64,000 bases of DNA from a virus (lineage: Duplodnaviria > Caudoviricetes). The translations under genes and the position numbers were made by a program. The DNA lies in the IMG/VR virus record IMGVR_UViG_3300044846_003573. The stretch is one strand, 5' to 3'. This document shows positions 18,128-27,832 of the stretch, piece by piece. How positions within the stretch are numbered: the first letter of the stretch is position 1; each line of letters begins with the position of its first letter. The notes beneath the pieces are model-generated. The model saw only the letters and a list, made by a program, of their open reading frames with translations, had not been told where the DNA came from and searched no databases.

Positions 18128-19864
18128 ATGAAAAAAATACTTACGGTAGTAGTACCATCTTATAATTTTGAAAAATATATTGAAGAGTGTATTGATTCAA
18201 TATACTCTCAAAAAATTAATTATGGGTTTGATGTGATAGTAAGGGATGATGGGTCGACAGATAATACTAAAGATGTTTTAATTAAATTAAAAGAAAAATA
18301 CCCTAATTTAATAATTTTAAATGGTGATACTAATTTAGGAGGTTTTGAAAATATTAGAACTTTATTAAATTACTGTAAAACAAAATACATTGCTTATATT
18401 GACGGAGATGATTATTTTGATAATTATACAATCTTAAATGAAGAAGTTGAATTTTTAGAGAACAGTCCAAATTATAGTATGGTTTGTACAGGAACAAGAT
18501 ATTTGCATCCCGATGGTACCAAGATACCTACAGTTCCTGAATTGTTTATTAGTTCATTTCTTGACGATATAACTACAGATGATTTATTAACTATTAATCA
18601 TGCATCTTTTGCGAGGGTATTTAGAAACATACCAAATTTAATTAAAGATTATTTTACAAATTTACCTTATGTTGATTGGCCGCTTAATTATGAAATTAGT
18701 AAACACGGTTTAATTAAGTGTATTCATAAATGTGGGGGAATTTATCGAATATCAAATGATGGTATGTTTTCAAATATTTCGGAAGAAGAAAAAAACAAAA
18801 AAAACATAATAGTTTCTAATGAACTCAAAAGACAAAATATTAAAGATGAATTTAAAACAATAACAATAGTCGATTGTTTTATCCATAATGAAAATGTTTT
18901 AAATAAGTTGGAGTTATGTATTAATAACTTAAAAAAGTATAACCATACAATACTTCTTGTGTCTAATACTATTGTTCCTGAACATATATTAAAAATTGTT
19001 GATTATCATTTATATAACTCAAATAACATTCTTTTTGAAGGTGAATACACTAATTCCGAACCAGTTATTTTTTGGAAAAACCTTGGTTCATTAACAACTC
19101 ATGAAGTTACAAATACAATACAAAAACATGGATTACCTGTTATGGTTAATTTGTTTAACTCATTAGATTTGTGTAAGTCATTTGGGTTTACACATTTCCA
19201 AAGAATTGAAGTTGATGATTTATATAGTGAAGAAGGTTATGAATATATGACAACTGTACCAGTGATTTGTTCTACTCAAAACAAAAAGGGAATGTTTTAT
19301 TTTAATGAAGGTAGAGATGTTTCGTTCCATTATTTTTATTGTGAAATAGAATACTTCCAACAGATAATTAATAGGATTAATTGTGAGGAAGATTATAAAA
19401 ATTATTTACAAAATAATGGGTATGGTACTGACTTTATAAATGTTGAAAAATATCTTTATGATAACATAAATAGAAAAGATTATGGGTTAATAATTCGAAA
19501 AGACGGAGAAGTTGATATGAACACTGATTTCCAAAATACCTTATGGAATACGGAAACAACTGTTAGTAATGTATCTTCAAAATTCAAAGGATGTTCTACA
19601 AAACTTTATAATATGTCAGGACAAAATTCTATAATGTTATTATCCTACAATTACAATCATTTTAGGTCGGAAAGAAAAATAGTTGTTAACTATATTGATG
19701 GTAGTTTAGAAACTGTGTATCATGGGTTAGAAAATTATGGACATTGGTCATTTAATATTTTTGAAAATAAAGTTGAAAAAATATCAGTGTACGATACTCA
19801 AGATGATGAATTTTTATATGATTTTATAAATAAAAATATTCTTGATTATATTGTTTTTATATGA
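18128..19864 (+). CDS. GT2 glycosyltransferase with C-terminal extension
   Basis: VVVPSYN, DDGSTD, YIDGDD DxD motif. Confidence 0.85.
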   Translation: MKKILTVVVPSYNFEKYIEECIDSIYSQKINYGFDVIVRDDGSTDNTKDVLIKLKEKYPNLIILNGDTNLGGFENIRTLLNYCKTKYIAYIDGDDYFDNYTILNEEVEFLENSPNYSMVCTGTRYLHPDGTKIPTVPELFISSFLDDITTDDLLTINHASFARVFRNIPNLIKDYFTNLPYVDWPLNYEISKHGLIKCIHKCGGIYRISNDGMFSNISEEEKNKKNIIVSNELKRQNIKDEFKTITIVDCFIHNENVLNKLELCINNLKKYNHTILLVSNTIVPEHILKIVDYHLYNSNNILFEGEYTNSEPVIFWKNLGSLTTHEVTNTIQKHGLPVMVNLFNSLDLCKSFGFTHFQRIEVDDLYSEEGYEYMTTVPVICSTQNKKGMFYFNEGRDVSFHYFYCEIEYFQQIINRINCEEDYKNYLQNNGYGTDFINVEKYLYDNINRKDYGLIIRKDGEVDMNTDFQNTLWNTETTVSNVSSKFKGCSTKLYNMSGQNSIMLLSYNYNHFRSERKIVVNYIDGSLETVYHGLENYGHWSFNIFENKVEKISVYDTQDDEFLYDFINKNILDYIVFI

Positions 19865-20580
19865 AATATAAAATTAAATTAGTTCATTTACAGACAACAC
19901 AAAATGAACACAGAGAAAAACTATCACGAAAATCTGTACAGCAAGTAATACCTTATGGTATTGAATATGTTTTACATCAAAATGAATTATATACTTCATT
20001 ACCTCCAGTTCATACCAGTGTTAGACCACATAATGTTAGAATGGGTAAATATGAAGATGTTAATGACCCTGAATACGGTAATGCGTTAACACCTGCTCAC
20101 TACGGATGTTTTGAGGCATTTAAAATTGGAATCTTATCAGAATTTGATAACGATTTAGACTTCTTAATTGTATGTGAAGGTGATTGTATTATAGAAGTTC
20201 CGATTGAGGAGTTTATAGATAAAGTTAATCAAGTATGTAGTATTGTTAATCAGGAAGATATTTCTTATTTTTCATTTGGTGACACTAAAACTTTGGATTA
20301 TGGATGGCATCAGTCTGACGTAGCTAGAGAAATACCAAATCAAGATTTATTGTTTATTACAAATAAAATAATTGGTTTACAATGTATTATGTTTTCAAAA
20401 AAATCACGTAAAACAATTATGAACCAGTTAAGAACACATAGATGGGACTGTGCTGACACATTTTTTAATATTATATGTGCGGAACAGAGATTAAATATGG
20501 GTGTTCTAAAGAAGAGAATAACGACTCAAGCGGATGGTGAGTCGTTTATTGATAAAGAAAATAAAATATTTTTAAAATAA
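19861..20580 (+). CDS. putative glycosyltransferase (GT25-like GT-A)
   Basis: AHYGCF, IVCEGDC, CADTFF motifs; cluster context. Confidence 0.55.
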   Translation: MKYKIKLVHLQTTQNEHREKLSRKSVQQVIPYGIEYVLHQNELYTSLPPVHTSVRPHNVRMGKYEDVNDPEYGNALTPAHYGCFEAFKIGILSEFDNDLDFLIVCEGDCIIEVPIEEFIDKVNQVCSIVNQEDISYFSFGDTKTLDYGWHQSDVAREIPNQDLLFITNKIIGLQCIMFSKKSRKTIMNQLRTHRWDCADTFFNIICAEQRLNMGVLKKRITTQADGESFIDKENKIFLK

Positions 20581-20592
20581 ATTAAAAATATT

Positions 20593-21618
20593 ATGATAGT
20601 AATTAATGATTTTGCTTTTTGTTTTTTGTCACAATACGATGTTGATATTGAAAGACAAGAATGTGAATTAACAAAACTTTCAGATAAATTTCAGATTGAA
20701 AGATGGTATAGAAAAGATAGGAATTTATCTAAGTATATTTCATTTTCCCAAATGATTAATGACGCTATAGATGATACCGACAGTGAATTTATGATTTTTT
20801 GTAATCCTAAAACAAATTTTACATCTAAAGATGTTGAATTTATGATAGATAAACTTTCAAATGGATATTGTTTTGTGTCAGTTGTTAGTTTTGGATTTTT
20901 TGGATTTTCAAAAGAGTTAATTAGAAGGGTTGGAATGTTAGATGAGAAATTTATTGGTGCAGAATTTGAAGATGATGATTTTGCAATAAGGTTATCTCAT
21001 TTTAAAAAGGCTGTTTGGTGGGGTTATAACTATGACAAATATATTTATTATTTGTCAAAATCTGAAAATTTAAAACATATATCATATTCTATTTTTAATA
21101 GAAAATATAAAATAGTTGATAAAAAAATTTATATAAATAAAGATTTATTTACACATAAGAAAATTAGTAAACGGCATACTAATCATTCTGATGAAATTTT
21201 TAATTCATGGAAAGACTCAAGTCAATCATTTGGTGATATACATTATGGTGAATACTTAAAAAATTTTGAAACTGAAATAGTTGATTTTAATTTAACTGAA
21301 AAATTAACAAATTTTGAAATAAAAATTAAAAAAAATATATCTGATTTTTTTGTTGAATTATTGTCTGAAAATAAATTTGTAATTAAAATTGCAATTTTAC
21401 AAAATTTTAATAAAGGTAGGACTATTCTTAAATATTTTGAAACTTTTAGTAATGGTTGGTATAAATTTAATATAATTGACCCGTATGATAATCAATTATA
21501 TACTGACGACGTTGAAATTAGAATTTTTATAGATGATAATCAAATATATAACAATACATTAAAAGAATACGAAGATTTATCTTTAAATTTTAACATACCT
21601 GTTTATGTTAATAATTAA
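20593..21618 (+). CDS. putative GT-A (GT2-like) glycosyltransferase
   Basis: VGMLDEKFIGAEFEDDDFAIR motif. Confidence 0.6.
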   Translation: MIVINDFAFCFLSQYDVDIERQECELTKLSDKFQIERWYRKDRNLSKYISFSQMINDAIDDTDSEFMIFCNPKTNFTSKDVEFMIDKLSNGYCFVSVVSFGFFGFSKELIRRVGMLDEKFIGAEFEDDDFAIRLSHFKKAVWWGYNYDKYIYYLSKSENLKHISYSIFNRKYKIVDKKIYINKDLFTHKKISKRHTNHSDEIFNSWKDSSQSFGDIHYGEYLKNFETEIVDFNLTEKLTNFEIKIKKNISDFFVELLSENKFVIKIAILQNFNKGRTILKYFETFSNGWYKFNIIDPYDNQLYTDDVEIRIFIDDNQIYNNTLKEYEDLSLNFNIPVYVNN

Positions 21619-21636
21619 AAACATTATTATAGTAAT

Positions 21637-23769
21637 ATGAGAGTAACACAAGTAACACCAGGAATTATTACAATACCACCAAATGGATGGGGGGCTGTTG
21701 AAAAGGTAATATGGGAATATTACAACAAAATTAAAGAATTAGGGCATGAATGTGATATAAAATATCTTAATGAAGTGGATACTAATAGTAGTGATATTAT
21801 TCATATTCACATGGCTAATTTAGCAATTGACGCTGCTAACAAAGGAATACCTTACATTTTTTCATTACATGACCACCACGTTGTTTATTATGGTAAGGAC
21901 TCATCTAACTACCAACAAAATTTAGAGGCGATTAAAAGGTCTGTGATATCTTTTACACATGCTGAGTTTTTAGTTGATTACTTTGATGAAACTGATAAGT
22001 TGTTCTACCTATCACACGGTGTTAATACTGAGTTTTTTAAAAATGATAATCCGAAAAGAACTGAACACAAATTATTGTGTTTGGCAAACAATGGTATTGG
22101 AGGAGATTCAACGTATGACAGAAAAGGATTTAGATACGCTATTGAGGCAGCAATCAAATTAGATTTACCTATTACTGTTGCTGGTCCTGAAAACAATAGA
22201 ATATTCTTTGAACATCATAATTACTTATTAAATTATGATAAGTTAACTTTAATGTTTTCAAATCCAAATGAAGAACAAATATTAGAATTATATAAAAGTC
22301 ATTCTATATTCTTACATCCTTCTATGTTGGAAGCTGGTCACCCAAACCTAACATTATTAGAAGCTGTCTCTTGTAATATGCCAGTTGTTGGAACTTATTT
22401 AGGTTCGCAAACAATAGAAGGAATGGTAGTGGTTGAAAGAGATGTAAATCAAATAGTTAGTGGTGTTAAACAAATCATTGATAACTACGATTTATATTTA
22501 AGTAACACTGAATTAGATAGACAAAATTATGATTGGAGTATTATTACCAAGAGAATGGTTAGAATTTATGAAGACCTGATTAACAGTAGAAAGAATTTAA
22601 ATAGTATTGAGACTAAACAAAGATTTGATAAAGTATTTGAGAATACTGAAATAAAACCAAAAGAAATGGTTGAAAAAATTGAAGTGATTAATCACTACAT
22701 CAACGGAGCATTAGTAGAAATTAAAGGTAATACTGATAAGAAATATTTGGTTGAGTTTTGGAACCAAAATGGTGATTGTGAATATCGTGAGGAGATTGGG
22801 TGTAATATGTGGGTTAGATTAAGTAAGAAGTATTTTGATGAATACACATTGAAAATTTACTCTGAAGGTAATTTAATCAGTGAAAAGAAATACAACGCTG
22901 AAAACAAACGAGTTTATATTGCATTAGATTCAAAATCTTTGGGTGATACATTTGCTTGGGTACCTTACGCTGAGGAATTCAGAAAGAAACATAACTGTAA
23001 GGTTATTTGTTCAACATTCTTTAATGATTTATTTGTTAAACAATATCCTGAGATACAATTTGTTTCACCTGGTAGTACGGTTCATAATCTATATGCAATG
23101 TATGAAATAGGTTGGTTCTATGATGGTGATAATGTTAAAACGGATAGACACCCAAGTGATTTTAAATTAGGCCCATTACAAAAAACCGCAACAGACATTT
23201 TAGGTTTAGAATATAAGGAGGTAAAACCTTTAATTAAAAACCCCAACAAGTTAAAGAAAAAACGAGTTGGACTTGGTATTCACTCAACTGCTCAATCAAA
23301 ATACTGGAACAACCCAAATGGGTGGCAAGAGATTACTGATTATCTAATATCTCTTGGTTATGAGGTTATTATCTATTCAAAAGAGGAAGATGGGTATATG
23401 GGTAATTACTATCCTAAAGGTGCTAAACAAAACCCACCAGGTTCCATCTATAAATTGATTGAAGAATTATCTACCTGTGAATTCTTCATAGGGATATCAA
23501 GTGGTATATCATGGGTTACTTGGGCTTTAGACATCCCAACGGTATTAATATCAGGATTTACTGAAGAATTTAATGAACCTTATGAAAATGTTTATAAGGT
23601 AAGTGCCCCTGAGAACACTTGTAGAGGATGTGCCAATAAGTTTAGATTAGACCCGGGTGATTGGAATTGGTGTCCGATAAATAAGGGGAATGAAAAGATG
23701 TTTGAATGTTCTAAAAAGATTACATCCGGGATGGTAAAAGATAAAATTATTGAATTACTTAGTAAGTAA
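21637..23769 (+). CDS. GT4 domain fused to autotransporter O-heptosyltransferase-like (Aah/TibC, GT9-like) domain
   Basis: GWGAVE, EAGHPNLTLLEA (GT4); RVYIALDSKSLGDTFAW, CEFFIGISSGISW..WAL (heptosyltransferase-like). Confidence 0.75.
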   Translation: MRVTQVTPGIITIPPNGWGAVEKVIWEYYNKIKELGHECDIKYLNEVDTNSSDIIHIHMANLAIDAANKGIPYIFSLHDHHVVYYGKDSSNYQQNLEAIKRSVISFTHAEFLVDYFDETDKLFYLSHGVNTEFFKNDNPKRTEHKLLCLANNGIGGDSTYDRKGFRYAIEAAIKLDLPITVAGPENNRIFFEHHNYLLNYDKLTLMFSNPNEEQILELYKSHSIFLHPSMLEAGHPNLTLLEAVSCNMPVVGTYLGSQTIEGMVVVERDVNQIVSGVKQIIDNYDLYLSNTELDRQNYDWSIITKRMVRIYEDLINSRKNLNSIETKQRFDKVFENTEIKPKEMVEKIEVINHYINGALVEIKGNTDKKYLVEFWNQNGDCEYREEIGCNMWVRLSKKYFDEYTLKIYSEGNLISEKKYNAENKRVYIALDSKSLGDTFAWVPYAEEFRKKHNCKVICSTFFNDLFVKQYPEIQFVSPGSTVHNLYAMYEIGWFYDGDNVKTDRHPSDFKLGPLQKTATDILGLEYKEVKPLIKNPNKLKKKRVGLGIHSTAQSKYWNNPNGWQEITDYLISLGYEVIIYSKEEDGYMGNYYPKGAKQNPPGSIYKLIEELSTCEFFIGISSGISWVTWALDIPTVLISGFTEEFNEPYENVYKVSAPENTCRGCANKFRLDPGDWNWCPINKGNEKMFECSKKITSGMVKDKIIELLSK

Positions 23770-23916
23770 TTCAATAATGTTTTTTGTAATGTCAACTACT
23801 GCATAAATTACTAAACCAAAAACAACTACAGACATAATAATGTATGGTGTCATTTTTTGTCTTGTTTTTTTACATTTAGTACAAGTTTTTTCTTCTGAAT
23901 TTTTTAAATTTTCCAT
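23755..23916 (-). CDS. 53 aa membrane protein with CxxC, missed by ORF track
   Basis: manual translation MENLKNSEEKTCTKCKKTRQKMTPYIIMSVVVFGLVIYAVVDITKNIIELLTK. Confidence 0.55.
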   Translation of the reverse strand: MENLKNSEEKTCTKCKKTRQKMTPYIIMSVVVFGLVIYAVVDITKNIIELLTK

Positions 23917-23936
23917 GTTTTCCATTATTTATAATT

Positions 23937-24323
23937 ATGAGACTTTTAAATTGTATTAAAAACATAATAAAGGAAGAAAGGATTGGAAAGCTTTTTGGTG
24001 ACATTAAAGTTAAAGTATCTATTGAAACTTCATCACATGGTAATACCCAAAGGTTTAGACATGGTAAAGATGAAGTGATTACTAATGATGAAATATTAAA
24101 TGTATTAAACTTAGGTCTACCTGAAATATTAGATGGTATTAAAGAAGGTGAGTTGGGACAAGATTCATCAATAGTCGTTTCACAAAAAGATTATCCATTC
24201 TTGAATGTTGTTACCAATTTAGAAGAACAAGATTGTTATAATTTCCAAATTAATATTGTTACGACAATTCGTAAGAAAAGATTTTACACAACAGGTAAAA
24301 ACGATTTCCAAATTTACGTATAA
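23937..24323 (+). CDS. hypothetical protein (N-terminal IIKEE motif)
   Basis: ORF; TATTTAT immediately upstream. Confidence 0.7.
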   Translation: MRLLNCIKNIIKEERIGKLFGDIKVKVSIETSSHGNTQRFRHGKDEVITNDEILNVLNLGLPEILDGIKEGELGQDSSIVVSQKDYPFLNVVTNLEEQDCYNFQINIVTTIRKKRFYTTGKNDFQIYV

Positions 24324-24325
24324 AT

Positions 24326-24362
24326 AAAAACCCCCAAAACATCCGATGTAATGAGGGTTTTT
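24326..24362. terminator. bidirectional intrinsic terminator
   Basis: aaaaaccc...gggttttt inverted repeat. Confidence 0.6.
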
Positions 24363-24468
24363 ATCTTTTTCACCTAACGGTTGAGGCTTTTGCCTTTGAA
24401 CACACCGGGGTTCAATTCCGACTTAATGATTTGGTTGGGTTATTAAGTTGACCCCATTCGTTTAACTT
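24330..24468 (-). ncRNA. candidate small structured RNA
   Basis: no ORF; stems ggggt/acccc, cttaat/attaag, aggc/gcct; minus-strand TATTTATATTTG promoter at 24471-24485. Confidence 0.4.
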
Positions 24469-24540
24469 GAATACAAATATAAATAGAATATCCTGAATAA
24501 AAAAATATATTTTAAACTTTTTTTGTTATATCTTTGTCGT

Positions 24541-24678
24541 ATGAAACAGGAAATACTACCACTAAATCTTCGTCATGTTGCTCAAATTGTGAGACGGAAT
24601 ATGATTACAAAAGTTGTACCATGCGGTAAGGAGTATTCGCGTAAAAGATTTAAAAAGGTTGATATCTACCAAGATTAG
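24541..24678 (+). CDS. 45 aa basic hypothetical protein, missed by ORF track
   Basis: MKQEILPLNLRHVAQIVRRNMITKVVPCGKEYSRKRFKKVDIYQD directly after a TATCTTTG promoter. Confidence 0.5.
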   Translation: MKQEILPLNLRHVAQIVRRNMITKVVPCGKEYSRKRFKKVDIYQD

Positions 24679-24700
24679 AATTATATTTACGAAAAAAGTT

Positions 24701-25540
24701 ATGCTGTCATATATTGGAGGTAAGAGTAAGATAGGTAAGTGGATTGTCCCATTCTACCCAACAGATATGGAAACGTATGTTGAAACATTTGGTGGTATGT
24801 TTTGGTGTTTTTTTAACATGGATTTGAAACAATACCCAAATCTTAAAAGAGTTGTTTATAACGACTTCAATCCTTTGAACTATAATTTGTTTATGTGTCT
24901 TCAGGACCCTCAGTCTCTTTTGTCTGTAATTAATAACATTCCGTGTCAACAACAAGGTGTGGAAGTAACGCCACCAATTTATAAAGAACAATTTAATGAG
25001 TTTCAAAAGGAAATTTTCTCTCATGGTTTAACAATTAACTATCCTGATTATAATGTTGCAGCGAAGTATGCTTATGTTCTAACACAGGTTTTCAGTGGTT
25101 CAAAACCTGAGACATCAAGTTTTATTGATTTGAAAGGTAAGTATAAGTCAAAATATCTTACCTTTAGAGATAAATTATCTAAACCTGATTGGGTGGAACA
25201 TTTCAATAGAATATCGGAGTTTAGATTAGGTGATTTTGAAGATGTTATTAAAGAGTTTGATAGCCCGACAACATACTTTTATGTTGACCCGCCGTATTAT
25301 AGGACTGAAAACTATTACTCAAACCACGATTTTGATAGTACTGACCATGAAAGATTAGCAGATTGTTTAAAAGGAATTCAGGGTAAGTTTAGTTTATCTT
25401 ACTACGATTTTCAGTTGTTGAATGAGTGGTTCCCAAAGGAGGGATACAAATGGGAGAAGAAAGAATTTGCTAAAGCTGCTGCGGCGAAGAAAGGAAAGGC
25501 ACAAAATATGGGGGAAGAACTATTAATTATGAATTATTGA
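24701..25540 (+). CDS. dam: Dam-like (D12 class) N6-adenine DNA methyltransferase
   Basis: YIGGKSK, YVETFGG, YNDFN, GDFEDVI, YVDPPY. Confidence 0.9.
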   Translation: MLSYIGGKSKIGKWIVPFYPTDMETYVETFGGMFWCFFNMDLKQYPNLKRVVYNDFNPLNYNLFMCLQDPQSLLSVINNIPCQQQGVEVTPPIYKEQFNEFQKEIFSHGLTINYPDYNVAAKYAYVLTQVFSGSKPETSSFIDLKGKYKSKYLTFRDKLSKPDWVEHFNRISEFRLGDFEDVIKEFDSPTTYFYVDPPYYRTENYYSNHDFDSTDHERLADCLKGIQGKFSLSYYDFQLLNEWFPKEGYKWEKKEFAKAAAAKKGKAQNMGEELLIMNY

Positions 25541-25564
25541 TATATTTATATAAAAACTTTAGAA

Positions 25565-26917
25565 ATGAAATTTACTAATATTTTAAAAAACATTATCTTA
25601 GAAGATTCAAGATTTAACCTTCTATATGATAAATTAGTTGACAAAGGTGGTAGAAAACCTGAACCTGGTAAAATCCCTTTTGAAACATTGAGAACTATTA
25701 TCTTTGCTGACCCTACAACAAGAGCTCCGCAAAGTTTACTTCAAAATATTGATAGTCTAACGCCTGAACAAATGGAAATTGTTAAGGTTGGTAAGTATAC
25801 TAACTGGATATTAAAGAATTTCTTAAAACCATCATTTAGTGATGAAAGAGCGGATGTTGAAGTTGGTTCACCTGAATATAAACAATTAGTTAAAAGATAT
25901 CGTGACTTATACCTTGAGGATTTATACAAGGTTACTGACGACTTAAAGAAGTTTGAGAGATTCAAAGGTCAATTAGAAGCTGACAAAAGAGATATTAATA
26001 AATTGACTGTTGATACATTATTTGATGCGGTTAAGGACTTTAAGTTAGAAAAAACAAAAGGAACAAAACAAGAAAAAGAAGAAGCTAAATCAACTTACCA
26101 ATACCCTGGTTCAACGATTGCATTTAAAGGGCCAAACTGGACTGTAGTTAAGATTGAAGACCAAAGTGAACTTGGTAAGAACGCGGCTTGTTTCTTTGGT
26201 GGTTATCACGAACCTGATATGGGTGAAACAAGATGGTGTACATCATCACCTGGTTTAAGTTACTTTAACACTTATATCAAACAAGGACCATTATATGTAA
26301 TTCTACCTAATAACAGTTCTGACTTGGGTAAGAAATCAGGTCTTCCTGTTGAAAGATACCAATGGCACTTCCAATCTAATCAGTTTATGGATAGAAACGA
26401 TAGAAATGTGAATATCGTTGAAATGCTACAAGGTAAGTTGGCTGAACTTAAAGAGTTCTTCAAACCTGAATTTGCTAAAGGATTAGCGAAAGAAAATGGT
26501 AAGAGAGTTGATATTGTTTATCCTGAATCTTCGGCTGGTAAGTTTGTTGGATTATATGGATTTAAAGAATTATTTGACAACCTACCAGATGACTTGGAAC
26601 AATTAATCATCCAAACTTCAAAGAACATTAAAGAAACAATTGCTCTTGAAGTTCCTGAAAGTATTGGAAGATTTGATAAGTTACAAACACTTTTATTAGG
26701 TGGTATGGTTAAATCTGTTCCTAATAGTATCTGTAATTTGACTAGTTTACTATTACTTGCTTTACCAAACAACCCTCAGTTAACGACTATCCCAACTTGT
26801 GTTAAAGATTTACCTATGTTAGGTTTCTTGAATGTAAGTGGAAGTAATGTTAAACTTCCTGAAGAACTTAAAGATGTTTTACATGAGGAAGGTGATGGTT
26901 ATTATTATGTAGTTTAA
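25565..26917 (+). CDS. hypothetical protein with C-terminal leucine-rich repeats
   Basis: VPESIGRFDKLQTLLL/VPNSICNLTSLLLLAL/IPTCVKDLPMLGFLNV; N-terminal IILED motif. Confidence 0.7.
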   Translation: MKFTNILKNIILEDSRFNLLYDKLVDKGGRKPEPGKIPFETLRTIIFADPTTRAPQSLLQNIDSLTPEQMEIVKVGKYTNWILKNFLKPSFSDERADVEVGSPEYKQLVKRYRDLYLEDLYKVTDDLKKFERFKGQLEADKRDINKLTVDTLFDAVKDFKLEKTKGTKQEKEEAKSTYQYPGSTIAFKGPNWTVVKIEDQSELGKNAACFFGGYHEPDMGETRWCTSSPGLSYFNTYIKQGPLYVILPNNSSDLGKKSGLPVERYQWHFQSNQFMDRNDRNVNIVEMLQGKLAELKEFFKPEFAKGLAKENGKRVDIVYPESSAGKFVGLYGFKELFDNLPDDLEQLIIQTSKNIKETIALEVPESIGRFDKLQTLLLGGMVKSVPNSICNLTSLLLLALPNNPQLTTIPTCVKDLPMLGFLNVSGSNVKLPEELKDVLHEEGDGYYYVV

Positions 26918-26955
26918 TAAATAAGTTATATCTTTGTTTCCTAATCTTAGAGCCT

Positions 26956-27246
26956 ATGAAAAATGTGGATGCGGAAATTTACTTAAATCAATTGATTACG
27001 TTCTTTGAAAAGAACCCCAACGATTTGATTGACTTAATTGGGGAACTTAAGAAAACCAAATTCTATAAAAGAATTAAAGAAAAAGTTTACGAGAATGTTG
27101 AAAATGGTTTGGAACTCATCCTTACCCAGCAACAACTTATTGATATTGTTGTGGGTATGTACGATGAGACAAACAAAACTATTAAGCCAATGGAGATTAA
27201 GACTCCTGTTATCAAAACAAATTATGGAATTATTTTTCTAAATTGA
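26956..27246 (+). CDS. hypothetical protein
   Basis: ORF after TATCTTTG promoter. Confidence 0.7.
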   Translation: MKNVDAEIYLNQLITFFEKNPNDLIDLIGELKKTKFYKRIKEKVYENVENGLELILTQQQLIDIVVGMYDETNKTIKPMEIKTPVIKTNYGIIFLN

Positions 27247-27326
27247 TGAAAAAAAATTTGGTAGATGAAAAAAAACATCTATATTTGTAAAAGAATTAGT
27301 CACAAACCCTTTAATACTTAAACACA

Positions 27327-27773
27327 ATGAAAAAGTTAATTTTGAGTTTTTTGTTTTCAGTCTCAAGTCTTCTTGTATTTTCTCAAACTATTTTGATTAA
27401 TGTTTCTGAGATGAAATATTTTAGAAGCCCGGGTAAAGTTGAATATGCTGAAGTTTTAAAAGATAAAGAGTTAGAATTTGATATATTCGAGGTTAATGGT
27501 TCGTATTCAATTAATGTGGATGATAATATTATTAATTTTGTAAATGGTGATACTAACGGTGTTAGAGTTTTAAAATCTTTTACTGAAGAAAATGGTGTTA
27601 CTGAAATTGTATTCATTGATGATTATAATTCAAATCAATCTAATAATGAAATACTTGTTAAAATAGTTATTGATAATATTAATAATACTGTATTTTACAC
27701 TTACTTTCATGACATTAAAGAAAGTACTATTGTGTATCAGTTTACAGATTTTAATGTATGTGTAGTAAATTAA
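27327..27773 (+). CDS. secreted hypothetical protein
   Basis: signal peptide ending VFSQ. Confidence 0.7.
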   Translation: MKKLILSFLFSVSSLLVFSQTILINVSEMKYFRSPGKVEYAEVLKDKELEFDIFEVNGSYSINVDDNIINFVNGDTNGVRVLKSFTEENGVTEIVFIDDYNSNQSNNEILVKIVIDNINNTVFYTYFHDIKESTIVYQFTDFNVCVVN

Positions 27774-27780
27774 TTAAATA

Positions 27781-27813
27781 AAAAAAAATCTTTGGTCACC
27801 CAAAGATTTTTTT
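27781..27813. terminator. bidirectional terminator between convergent genes
   Basis: aaaaaaatctttgg tcac ccaaagattttttt. Confidence 0.7.
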
Positions 27814-27832
27814 ATTATTTTTTGTTAATTAA

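Noticed and set aside
24405-24420. tRNA on the plus strand (ggggttcaattcc)
   Set aside because: The T-loop-like word has no proper T stem, acceptor or anticodon arm.
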